Assembly: GCA_964016885.1 (NCBI GenBank)
Contig: OZ024740.1
Location: 1,054,001 to 1,118,000 of the forward strand
Direction of reading: 5' to 3'
DNA length: 64,000 bases
DNA from: Eledone cirrhosa
Taxonomy: Eukaryota
Part shown: piece after piece, positions 1-11,916 of the stretch
How positions within the stretch are numbered: the first letter of the stretch is position 1
Layout of the letters: each line of letters starts with the position of its first letter
Made by a program: the position numbers and the translations under genes
The notes under the pieces: generated by a model
The model's input: the letters and a program-made list of their open reading frames with translations, nothing else
Databases searched by the model: none
Told to the model about the DNA's origin: nothing

Positions 1-59
1 CATAAATGGTATACACAATTGCCATTTAATATCCGAGCAACGCCGGGTACCTCTGCTAG
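1..59 (+). mobile_element. 3' end of a Helitron-like element (runs off the window)
   Basis: GC-rich hairpin CCGAGCAACGCCGGG followed by CTAG|T. The same terminal motif occurs at 22925-22952 and 24034-24061. Confidence 0.6.
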
Positions 60-553
60 TCTAATATATATTTGTGAAATGGGCGGTGGTTGAAATTCAA
101 ATGTGCACGGTTAAATGGTAGTAGACGTGGACGTTCGACTTTCAAGCTACAAGCTTCCATGGTTACGGAGAAAATCGATGAAACAGGAATTTCCCATTCA
201 AATTGAACTGAGAGTAATATGTGAACGCAGAAGTAAATATTTCGAGAAAAGTTGCAACCGAACGAAAACAGGAAGACGATATTTTGGTTCGTGAAGACGT
301 TCCCTGGCAATGAACGGGAAAAAAGCGAGGATAATACGTCGTTATGTGGAGCGTAAAGAACAATTTCATGCAAAGACAAGCCAAGTTTATGGTATAAATG
401 GAGTCGTTAGACTAATATTCTATTTAAAATAACAGAATGATTTCCAGCCCCGGGGTTTAAGACTGATGTAAATAAAATTGAAAACGAAAATGACAGGTTA
501 TTAAAATAGGAAATAGTGAAGATTTAGGCCAGTACATACGTATGCCCCGACGG

Positions 554-656
<103 letters not shown>

Positions 657-2139
657 TCGTGGGGCGTTGGACGGACGGACCGGTTAAATTGCTCGGGGTC
701 TGGTTCGGACCGGACCTCCAGATGGAGAAAAACTGGTACGAGGTGACGAACAGGGTAGCCTCCCTCACCCAGAAATGGGCCGAGAGGAAGCTGTCCCTGA
801 AAGGCCGGGCGGAGGTGGCGAATGCGTACATCGCATCCGTTATCTGCTACCGCCTTACCGTCGTCCCTTGCTCCAGCCGAACTCTCACCAAAATGGAGCG
901 CCTCCTCTTCCTCTTTTTGTGGAAGGGACGCGCTCCCATGGTCAGACGATCCATCTGCTGCCAACACCCGTTGCGTGGAGGACCGGGCATGCCATGGCTG
1001 ATGATGCGCAAACATGCGCTGAGGCTGTGACATCTCTGGTGCTTCCTTGATGATGAACAGGTGTGGTCGCCGTTCGCCAGGCACGTTTTCCCATAGCTCG
1101 TCTCCTTGACGGAGCTGCAGTCCTGGGTCAGAAAAAGATCGAGGGATAGCGCTTGGAAACTGGAATGTCTCCAGGCGCTCACTGCCCTCTGCCAGCTGGG
1201 CACCAGTATCGGTTGAACATCCACCTCGGCGTTCTATAGAGGACTAGTGGAGGGGAACAGCGACGACATTCTCGGAGAGATCCTGGGCGTCGAAGAAGAT
1301 CAGCTGTTTGCTCTCTTCCGGAGAACTTTCAGCCCGGGGCCTATGGATAACTTCCAAAAATCCCTGGCCTGGCAGTGCTACCGGGGAGCGCTGCCGGTTC
1401 GAGATAAGCTCTACAGGCACGGAAGTGTCGTCAGCCGAGCCTGTCCGAGATGCGCACAGAGCGACGAAACCGTCGTGCACGCACTCTTTCAGTGCCCGAG
1501 CATTGCTGACTTGTGGAGCTATGTCGGACAGTTGCTGTCGCGTGTGGGACTGATCCGGTTGTCGACTGAGTCCATTGTGCAGATGGTCTCGCCGTCTTCC
1601 TTCGAGGAGGAAGGGCAGGCGGTTTTCATCTGTCTGGTGGCCATGGCGAAAGAGATTGTGTGGTGGACAAGGTTAAAAGGGTTAAAGACAGACACTTTCC
1701 TCTTTGGCGAATCCCTAATTAACTTTTTCAAGAAAATTAGGGTGGAGAGGCAAGTGCTGCCTTCTAGCAAGTTTGTTGAAAGGTGGGTGAATGTAGCGAG
1801 AATGGCCCGAGTGAACGGGACCACTCTGAATATACGTCTGTAGTTTGAGAGATGGAAGAATTGAGAGAGGGCCCTTGCCCTGGTGGTCAGGGTGGCCGTA
1901 GTCTTTTGTGTGGTTTTCGCCACGAGTAACCCTCGGAGGTTTCCCCCCTATTGTGGAATTTTTCATTGTTTCAATTTTCATTTTTATTGTTTATATATAT
2001 ATATGTTTCTATGTCCTTTTTTTTTCTTTTCTTATATAAATAATAAAAAATATTTACACGCACAAAACCCACATCGTACCGTCCTGTGCCGTCTGTAATG
2101 TTTTTCTTGATGTCAGCCCTTGTGGCCAATAAAGAAATC
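657..2139 (+). mobile_element. Tx1/L1-clade LINE copy A, 5'-truncated and decayed (ORF2 3' part plus 3' UTR)
   Basis: Homologous to ORF2 of copies B and C (GRWTDGPVKLLGVWFG...; CPRC...ETVVHALFQC zinc finger). Contains internal stops and ends AATAAAGAAATC-(ATT)n. Confidence 0.9.
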
Positions 2140-2170
2140 ATCATTATTATTATTATTATTATTATTATTA

Positions 2171-3983
2171 CTCTTTGAGTCTCAGTCATTGATGTTAGTT
2201 AACTGGAAAGTTTGTTGAAATGAATATCAAGCCACTACCTGCAGCCTCAGATATTCAGGACGTATCGGAGCGTTCTTGATGTTCCCAGCAAGCATGCCTT
2301 TTGAAGCGTTCCAAAAAGCGTGAAGGGGCCAATTTTCTTTAACCATCCCTGGAAACTTTTTGAGATAGTCCCTAGTGCGCCTATGACAATCGGGATCACA
2401 TTGACTTCATGGCAGTTCCAAATCCTTTTTACCTCCCACTTTAAGTCCTGGTATCGGTTAATTTTCTCCCTCTCCTTCTCTTGCACTCTCGTGTCGAATG
2501 GGCAGGCCACATCCGCAATCAGGCACGATCTGTTTTCTTTGTCCACAACCACCAGGTCAGGTCTATTGTGTTCCAGTTTCTTGTCCGTCTGTATCCTAAA
2601 ATCCCACAGCACCTTCACCTGATCGTTTTCTATCACCGACTCTGGCTTATGCTCATACCACTTCTCAGAATGTGGTAAATTGTTTACTTTGCATAGGTGC
2701 CAGTGGATCACCCTGCCCATCACATCATGTCTCCAGCCCTTATAGTGAGTCTGGGCTAGGTGTTTACACTCGGATACAATGTGAGCCACAGTCTCCTCTC
2801 TCTCTCCACAGATCCTGCACAGTGGGCTAGCCTCCTCCTTGTAAATATGGTGTTTCAACCACTTCGTTTTGAGGGCCTGCTCCTGCGCAGCCATTAACAT
2901 TCCTTCTGTAGCCTTTTTAAGGTCTCCTCTTTTCAACCAGTTCCATGTCTGTGGATCTCTAAATTCAGTTTTCTCAAAGAAGGTACTATGAAGGGATTTT
3001 TCCTGAAGGCTGCTCTTTCTCCTTGATGTTATTTCCTCCTTGGACATACCGTGGCCTATTTCCCCTCCTTCAGTACAGTTCTGAGAATTGGCTCCTTACT
3101 ATCAGTCACGTATTTGTGTAGGTTGTTTTTCTCCATCTGAACACAGTCCTCTATGCTGATAAGACCTCTTCCACCTTCAGATCTCCTTAAGTAGAGTCTA
3201 TCGACATCACTCCTCTCGTGCAACATGTTGTAAATAGTCAATAGCTTCCTAGTCTTCCTATCCATTTCTTTTTGTTCAGCAACATTCCATCTCAGAATTC
3301 CCGCACTGTACCTAATAATAGACACAGCTCGGGCATTTATTGCACTTATGGCATTCCTACTGTTCAGATGTGACTTTAATACGCTCCTTACTCTCCGAAT
3401 GTATTCAGTTCTTATCAATTCTTTCATTTTTTTGTTCTTGATGTCATCAGCCTCCAAAACACCCAAATACTTGTATCCTTTATCAGAGTCAATTTCCTTT
3501 ATCATCTCACCTGTTGGTACCTGGATTCCGTTACTTCTGCTCAACTTACCCCTCTTCATCACAATGACTCCACACTTACTAATACCAATTTGCATACATA
3601 TATCATTGCTGAAAATACGGACAGTGTCAACAAGCACATCCAAATCCTTCTCACTCTTCCCGAAGAGCTTAAGATCGTCCATGAAGAGGAGGTGATTGAT
3701 GGTAAGCCCTCCCTTTCCCAACCTGTATCCTGCTCTCATTTTTCGCAGTACACTGGTCAGGGGCATCAGGGCAAGGACAAACAACAGAGGGGACAGACTA
3801 TCTCCCTGGAAGATACCCCTCTTGATCTTCACGCTTCCCAAGGATGCTCCAGTTGATGTTAACTCTGTTTCCCAGGAATTCATACTTTTGCCCAACAACT
3901 GTCTGATGTTATCTGCCACCTTGAAGATCTCCAGGCTTTTGGTGATCCAAGAATGAGGCACCATGTCAAATGCCTTTTTGTAG
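2171..3983 (-). mobile_element. R4/Dong-like non-LTR retrotransposon copy 1, 5'-truncated
   Basis: RT motifs (IFQGDSLSPLLF, HLLFMDDLKL), CCHC (CRIC..H..C), RHD and a PD-(D/E)xK restriction-like endonuclease (NRPDL...DVACP...EK..RY). One in-frame TAG at 3056-3058. Both ends abut (TAA)n. Confidence 0.9.
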
Positions 3984-4033
<50 letters not shown>

Positions 4034-4034
<1 letters not shown>

Positions 4035-4165
4035 GTTACGTCCCTTTACGATCTGAGTTCAAATCCCGCCGAGGTTGACTTTGCCTTTCATCCTTACGGG
4101 GTCGATAAAATAAAGTACCAGTAATGCACTGGGTAATTGCTGGCCTTGTGCCTAAAGTAGAAACA

Positions 4166-4166
<1 letters not shown>
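4034..4166 (+). mobile_element. tRNA-derived SINE, 5'-truncated, with (ATT)n tail
   Basis: B-box GAGTTCAAATCC. Near-identical to the full copy at 48783-48962. Flanked by (ATT)n on both sides. Confidence 0.8.
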
Positions 4167-4225
<59 letters not shown>

Positions 4226-4442
4226 GGCGACCTACGTAGTAAATCGTATTATTGTGAGCTCCGCAAATGTTTGTTATTTTCAGTTGTTTAAAATTGCCAT
4301 TTATGGAAAAATTTTATTGTTAACTGTATATAAGTGCACATACATTGTTTTCTGAAAAGGACACTCAAAAAGATTGGGCCCTTGAGCCCAAAATTTAAAC
4401 TTTTATAATTATCAAACAAAAAAAGAATTTCTTTGAAAAATC

Positions 4443-6374
4443 ATGGCCGATTCACAGCTGAACCCTGATAGCCTTCCTCACAAACTAACACCTCACACCG
4501 ACACCACCATTGTAAATATTATTACGTTTGCCAACATTAAAAATATAAGCAGTAGCAATATTTTAAATTTGTCTAAGGCAGACATTCATTTCCCGCCATT
4601 ACCAATGACTGCAGGTGTTGAAGCCGCCACCCCCACCCCCACCACTGCAACAACAGAAACAAAAGAAAAAAATAAATTATCTCGTGATATCGAAACGAAT
4701 TCAACCAAAATGAACTCTTCCACACCGAACACCACTGACGCCACCACCACCATAGTTGAAACTAAAATTAACAATAACAAAAATAACGATAACAACAACA
4801 GCAACAATGAGAATAAGAAAACCCTGTCTTTTGCCAGAGTAGCGAAAAATTGCGAAGCATTCCAAGTAACTCAGGAGGAATTAGAAGCCAAAAAATGGTA
4901 AAGAAAGATGGGTACAGGGTCAGCCTCCCCTCCCCCTTCCCCCACACACACCTAATAAAATGGAGCATCGGCGCCTATGCACCGTGTCTTATCGGACGAT
5001 TAACATAAAATCGCGCCGAGTGGAACGGGCATCCGAGTCCCAAATCCAAAAAGCTTTGGGACATGTGTGGGCAAAAAAAACCCACATCAGACGTGGGCAG
5101 AAATATGGAACCGTGGACGTGTTCTTTGAAACACCACAGGAGGCCAGAGAACACTCCATGGCCCAATTAAGAAGTGACGACTTCACACTCGTCCCAAGCT
5201 ATTGTGGCCAGAGACTCGTGGATATCAGGGTGACCCACGTTCCACCGGCTATCGAAATTCCCTGGCTAATGGCTGCCGTCCTCGCCGGCATCGAGGCCAA
5301 CACCAAGATAATCGAAATAGCGAAAGAAAAGCAGGAGAACTGGTCCTGATCTGGGATGGAGCTCCTGATCCAAGCGGACCAAAAAAGCATTGAGGAGATC
5401 CCAGAGGTAATAGACCTCACTGACGACAGCCATCTCACCGTAATCGTCGAGGGCAGAAGGCCTAGGTGTGTCGTTTGTGGTGAAGGAACCCACCTAAGGG
5501 CTTTCTGCCCTCAGGCTAAAAAGTTGAGGCCACCTCTCTTACCCACCCCAGTGACTCAACCATCAACACCACCAGCAGCAGAAATGGCAGCAACAACTGT
5601 AGCAGCAACAATAGAAGCAACTGTAACAGCAACAACCCTAGCAACAGTAGCAAAACCAACACCACAACCACCCAACGCGCCAGAACTAGCACCAGCGCCT
5701 ACACCATCCACCACGCCACAACCAAAACCAACGCCTGTTGAGGATTTTCCAATCCCCGACCTATCGCAACTGGAGACAGATTGTGACGACGAGGAGTGGG
5801 AAACGGTATCAGAAAAAAAGAAAAAAAGAAAAAGAAAGCAAAAAGAAAAAATCCCCTTCCTTCCCCCTCCAAAAACAAAATACAGAGGGAAACAAATAAA
5901 CTATCAAACAAAAAAGTTAGGACAGCTATGCCACCATCCACACCAGCATCACCAACCCTATCACCACAAACACCAACACCATCACCATCATTAACCCCAA
6001 CACCACAAAAGTCACCAAAAAGCGAAACAGAAACAAATCCACAACAAACGCAAACAAAACAAAACAACCAAAACGATACACACTACACAGCAATAAATTT
6101 GAACAACAACCAATTACTACACTACATCCAACACAACACCAGCATCACAGAAAAAGAGTACACAACAACCCAAAAGTTCACACCACCTTCACACATACAA
6201 ATCACTCGCTTCACACAGAAAACGTACACGACACTAAAACAAAAATTCCCCAAAGACATCGGAGACTTCCGACAAGCACTCTCCAGGAGGATTTATAAGG
6301 ACATCCTTCCGGAGGAGGCCACAAGCAGTGAAAAGGATGGAGAAACCATCCTTCATCTACGAGAAGTAAGGTAA
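4443..6374 (+). pseudogene. ORF1 of Tx1 copy B (RNA-binding protein with CX2CX4HX4C knuckle), frameshifted
   Basis: Fragments 4443-4901, 4960-5349, 5356-5994 and 5796-6374. Contains CVVCGEGTHLRAFC and is homologous to the ORF1 of copy C. Confidence 0.8.
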
Positions 6375-6408
6375 GTGATCTTTCCCATCTTTTCCACTCC
6401 ATTTCAAC

Positions 6409-9299
6409 ATGACCTCACTCAGAATAGGCAGCATAAATGCGCGTGGCTTGGGGTCGTCATGGAAGCAGGGCCACCTGCTCAACGACCTCAGGTCACTGAA
6501 CATAGATGTAGTGGCCATCAGCGAGACCAGAATCTCCGAAGCACGGGCCTTCGCACCGATCTTCGGCGGTTACGATGTGTACGCATCTCCCAGCCGTCCT
6601 GGATCGGGGGGAGGAGTTGCTGTGCTTTTTCGGAGAGGTTTGGATCTCGCCATACGGGCTATCTTCCTGGACCCAGAGGGTAAGTTGGTGGTGCTGGGCG
6701 TGACCAGCGGAGACGGGCAAGCTTTCAGGCTAGTGGCCGTCTATGCCCCGACAGGAGCAGGGCGGCCTGATTTCTTCCGGCGTCTGGAGACCTTTCTTGG
6801 AACGTCCCGCTCTTTAGTGTTAGTGGGCGACTGGAACGGGATCTTAGATGCACGCTGGGACTGTGTGGGATTAGCGGATAGGGGAGGAGGGTGCAAGAGC
6901 CTCACCAACCTGCTCAGGCGTGTTGAACTGTCTGACAGGTACCGATTGGATTTCCCGAATGTGCCAATGTGGACTTGGAAAAAGCGCATAGGGTCATCCA
7001 GATCATTTCTAGATAGAGTATTTTGTAGGGAAATAGATAGGTCTAGCATAGGCTGTCCACAATTCAAGATAGTCAGCTACACGGACCACACATTCGTGAT
7101 CTGTGTGCTTAACTTAGATAGGCTTCATAGACGAGGACCCGGCTACTGGAAGCTAAACGCGTCCTTACCAGCGCGCAAGGCCTACAGAGACCGGATTAGC
7201 GAACTAGTTAAGCGGGCGTTGACGGGGGCCATCGTCAACAACAAGTGGTGGTTTGCTCTGAAAAGAACGATTAGAATAGAGTCCATTAGGTTTAGTAAGG
7301 CTTTAGTAATAGAGAAAAATAGAGCAGAGGGAGAACTAGTTAGAAAATTAGACGAGGCGCTTAGCAAAGGCATCGCGACAGACGTACTTGCGGCGAAATT
7401 GGCCCTTGACCAATTCTTCAATGCAAAGCACGAAGGCTGCGTTGTCAGAGCTAGGGTGCGTGCTCTCAGACACGAGGGTACGAAAGCCGTTCAATGGGCC
7501 CGAGTGACGGAGGCGCGTCGTGGCAACAAAGCCACGATCCGGTCTTTGGTGGACCACGACGGGCGCATGCTACTCGATCCCGGGAAAATGTGTGAAGCCT
7601 TTCAGCGACACTTCGCACAGTTGTTCGGGGGCAGCGGCGGGCCGGATCGAGGGATGGACTTTAGTGTCTACCTCGACGGACTGCCGCGGCTCTCGGCCAC
7701 TGAGTCGGAGTTTTGCGAAAAGCCGATTACAGCCGCTGAAGTACGGGAGGCAATGACTGGCTGCACAAGGGGTAAATCGCCTGGTTTGGATGGTCTGCCC
7801 TATGAACTTTACGAACAGATGCCAGACTTGTTCGGAGGACTCTTGGCGGACGTCTACTGCAACTGGCAACAGAACGGGAGAATTCCCAGCTCTGTGAGCC
7901 GAGGAGCTGTGGCGCTGCTGAGAAAGGATCCGAACAAGGGGGATAACATAGATAATTTTAGGCCCATAACTCTGCTAAACACAGAGTTCAAGATTTTGGC
8001 CAAGGTACTAGCAAAGAGGTTGACGCTTGTCGTTGGTGGTCTGGTGGGAGAGGCGCAGACATGCGCGATTCCCGACAGATCCATCCACGACAACCTCCAC
8101 CTCATGCGATACATCGTAGAGAGGGTAGCTAGGGAACCTGGCACGGGTGGGTCCTTGATCAATTTAGATCAGTCGAAAGCTTTCGATAGGGTCGACCATC
8201 GTTACCTAGCGGCAGTCCTGAGGGCGGCTGGCTTTGGGCCCTTCTTCAGAGGCTGGATCGTTGCCATGCGACATCTGCTGTGGTGAGAGTGAACGGTCAC
8301 CTTTCAGAACCGTTCAACATCATGCGCTCGGTCCGCCAAGGATGTCCCCTCTCGTCCCTCTTGTACGTATTGACTCTTGAGCCATTACTGCACAAACTGG
8401 AGACGTTGAGGGGGGTCCCGCGCGAACTAGGATGCGGAAGATACGTGTCAGCATATGCGGGCGATGTCACCGTAGTGGTGTCGAACGCCAAACACATCGA
8501 GGCGATCGGCACTACACTAAGAGAATACGGAGCGGTGACAGGAGCAATGATCAACCAGGAAAAGTCAGTGGCCTGCAGCTCGGCACCTGGAGAGGCAGGT
8601 CCATGCCGTCCAACAGCGTCGTCGGGCGCTGGACGGACGGACCGGTTAAATTGCTAGGGGTCTGGTTCGGTCCGGACCTCCAGACGGACAAAAACTGGGA
8701 GGAGGTGACGAGCAGGGTGGCTTCTCTCACCCAGAAATGGGCGGAGAGGAAGCTATCCCTGAAAGGTCGAGCGGAGGTGGCTAACGCGTCTGTCATCTGC
8801 TACCGCCTGACCGTCGAACCTTGTCCTAAGCCCCGCCTGACTGCGCTGGAACGTTTGCTCTTTCGCTTTTTGTGGAAGAGACGCGCTCCGATGGTCAGGC
8901 GGTCCATCTGCTGTCAACGCCCGCTACGTGGAAGGCTGGGTATGCCGTGGCTGATGATGCGCAGACACGCGCTCAGGCTACGACATCTCCACCTCTCCCT
9001 CGACGGTGATCAGGTGTGGTCGCCGTTTGCTAGACGCGTCTTTCCCCAGCTCGTCTCCTTGACGGAGCTGCAGTCCTGGGTCAAGCGAAGACCGAGAGGG
9101 AGCGCTTGGAGACTGGAATGTCTTCAGGCGCTCACAGCCCTCGACCAATCGGGCAATGTGATCGGTGGAAACTCCACCTTGGCGTTCTATAGAGGATTAG
9201 TGGAGGGGAAGAGCGACGACGTACTTGGAGAAACTCTAGGCGTCGACGAAAATCAACTAGCCAATCTCTTTGGAAGAACTTTCTGAGTATGCGTCTGTA
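6409..9299 (+). pseudogene. ORF2 of Tx1 copy B (APE endonuclease + reverse transcriptase), frameshifted, C-terminal zinc finger deleted
   Basis: Motifs SINARG, ISET, GDWN, TDH, KSPGLDGLP, FRPITLLN, LDQSKAFDRV, QGCPLS. Frameshifts near 8270 and 8570. Confidence 0.9.
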
Positions 9300-9784
9300 A
9301 ATTAAAGGTGGAAAACTGGGAGAGGGCACTTGCCCTGGGGGGTCAGGGTCACTGTGGCCTTTTAATGGGCTTTCTCCACAAATGTCCCTCGGAAGTCTCC
9401 CCCCTATTGGGGAATTTTTCATTGTTATTTTTTTGTTACATCCTCTGTTTTTGTTTTTTTACACGCAGAAATGCCCATTTGTACCGTCCTGTATTGTCCT
9501 GTACTGTCCTTAATGTCTACTTTATGTAAACCCTTGTGGTTAATAAAGAAAGCATTATTATTATTATTATTGAATGCCATGGTTGACGGAGGCTCGGCTC
9601 TGTAAGGTATAGTAATTTTTAACCGTTAAAACAATTGTAAATTGTTTAAAACTTGAACCAAATTGTTGATAAAGACACCCTCCTCCTCGTGAGAGGGGTC
9701 TTTCTGTCCGTTATTTGGCCCTTCGGGGTTAAATAACCAGTTATTGGGGTTTTGTACCCAAAATTTCATTTTAAACAAAAAAAC

Positions 9785-11881
9785 ATGGCTACGAAAAGAA
9801 ATTTCATACGTCACTCCCACTCATTCCGTCTTCTGCTTCCTCAATCATCACTACAGCAGAGAGAAGATTGTCTCTCTCCCTCCCTTCTTTAAATGTGTCT
9901 CTCTCCCTCCCTTCTCTTTCGCAAGCGACGAAAGAAAAGAAAAGTCTCGTGCAAAGCGTGCAAGGTTTCTCCACGACGACGACGACAGCGACGAAACAGG
10001 TGTGCGGGAAATACGAAAACCCAGTTCATTCGTCTGACGTCAGGAATAATAGCAGTAGCAGCCGTAATAACAACAGCAACAGTGACAATGAAAACAACAG
10101 TAGCAGCCGCAACAGCATCACCAGCAGCATAAACAACAACAGCATTAGCAGCAGCAACACCAACAACAACCACAGCAACAGCGGCGGAGGCAGTAGTCGT
10201 AGTACCTGCAGCAACAACAAAAGTACCAGCAGCTCTGACGACAACAACAACAGCAGAGAAAAACCAATCTCATTTGCAGGTATTGCGAAAAACTTGGAAA
10301 CAATCCTCATAACAAATGAGGAATTAGAGGAAGCGAAGAAGATGGTGACAAAGAACGGACACCGAGCAATCTGCAAGGCAGCGGAAAAATTTTTCGAAAC
10401 CCAAGAGCACTGTACGGTCACGTACCGTACAGTAAGTACAAAATCCCGTAGGGTGGAAAGAGCCACAGAGGCCCAAATACAAAAAGCCTTGGGGTCTGTG
10501 TGGCAGCGGAAAACGCACATCACCCGAGGCAAAAAATATGCCACCGTAGACGTACTTTTTGCCACACCCCAGGAGGCAAAGGCCCAATCAGTAGTGACCC
10601 TAAGGAGCGAGGAAATGGTGTTGGTGCCCTCCTACTGTGGGCAAAAAATTGTGAGGGTCAAACTGACCCACGTCCCCCCCGGAATGACCCCTTCTTGGCT
10701 GGCCGCGTCTGTCCTCGTCGGAATCGAGGACAAAACAACTGTACTGCAAGTACAGAAAAAAGTAAGAGAAGATTGGGTCGGCTCCTCCATTGAGATGCTA
10801 ATCCAAACCAACCAGGAGTGCATCGAAGCTATCCCGGATGTGATAGACTTCGATAACGGCACTCAACTGCCCATAAGTGTTGAGGGCAAACGCCCGAAAT
10901 GCTTTCGCTGTGGATCGAAGACTCACCTCAGGGCCTTCTGCAACGAGAAGACCCTGAGAAAGGAGAAACCCCCCCCTCCTTCCGAATCCGGCTCCACGGC
11001 TACCAGCAACAGAACAAGCGGCAACCAGGAACGATAGGCCCGTGGCACCCATACCCACTCCACGGAAATCAAAAACAGCAGCAGCAGTGGAAATACTAAC
11101 AACAACAACAGCAATACCAAATGCAGCTGCAACAGAGACTCCAGTGCAAACATCACCAACAACAACAAGTGAAAGAGTGGAGCTGGTACCCCTCCCCGAC
11201 CTCACAGAATCAGACATGGAGTGTGAGGTGGGAGAGAGATGGCAAAAGGTCGTAAGAAGGCACAAACGCAGAAGCAGCGCATCGTCGCCTTTGAAAAGGG
11301 AGGAAAGAAATGAGAAAAGGGTAAAGTCTACTGCAAAGAGACCCACAGCAGCAACAACACCAACACCATCACCACCCACACTAGCGCCACCATCACCACC
11401 GGCGACAACCCCACCGCCAACAACACCTTCAACACCACCACCACAAGCACCAACATCGCAAACACAACAACAAAACACACACACCCAGCAACAACGACAA
11501 GAAAATAGCAGAACCACACCCCACCCCCAGAAAAACAAATGCACGGCAATAAATACACACAACAAGAAACTAATGACTTACATAATTGAACACACAGACA
11601 TTTCACAACAGGACTACATAATACCAGCACCAATCAAAACGCCAACTAACATAAGACTGCTAAAAATAGCACAGAAACAATACACAAATATTAAAACGAA
11701 ATTCCCCAACGCAGTTGGTGATTTCAGGGACCTAGGAGGAACCATCAATCGAAGAGTATACTCAGACATTCTCTTAGAAGAGCCGACGACCAGCCGAAGG
11801 GACGATTCAACGGTCCCTTCACCAGACGATCAAGTGAAAAGGGATGTAAAAACCATCCCTCCTCTACCAAAAGTACGGTAA
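9785..11881 (+). pseudogene. ORF1 of Tx1 copy C (CCHC knuckle CFRCGSKTHLRAFC), frameshifted
   Basis: ORF fragments 9868-11037 and 11042-11881. The start position is uncertain. Confidence 0.75.
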
Positions 11882-11916
11882 GTGGTCTTTCCCATCTTTT
11901 CCACTCTATTTTAAAC

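Larger units (their letters stand above)
4226..9553 (+). mobile_element. Tx1/L1-clade LINE copy B (5' UTR, ORF1, ORF2, 3' UTR), with an internal deletion near the 3' end
   Basis: Starts after (ATT)n and ends AATAAAGAAAGC-(ATT)n. ORF1 has a gag knuckle, and ORF2 encodes APE plus RT. Confidence 0.92.

Noticed and set aside
10026-11633. Long antisense ORFs over Tx1 ORF1
   Set aside because: Expected from A/C-rich low-complexity sense sequence, and not conserved in copy B.
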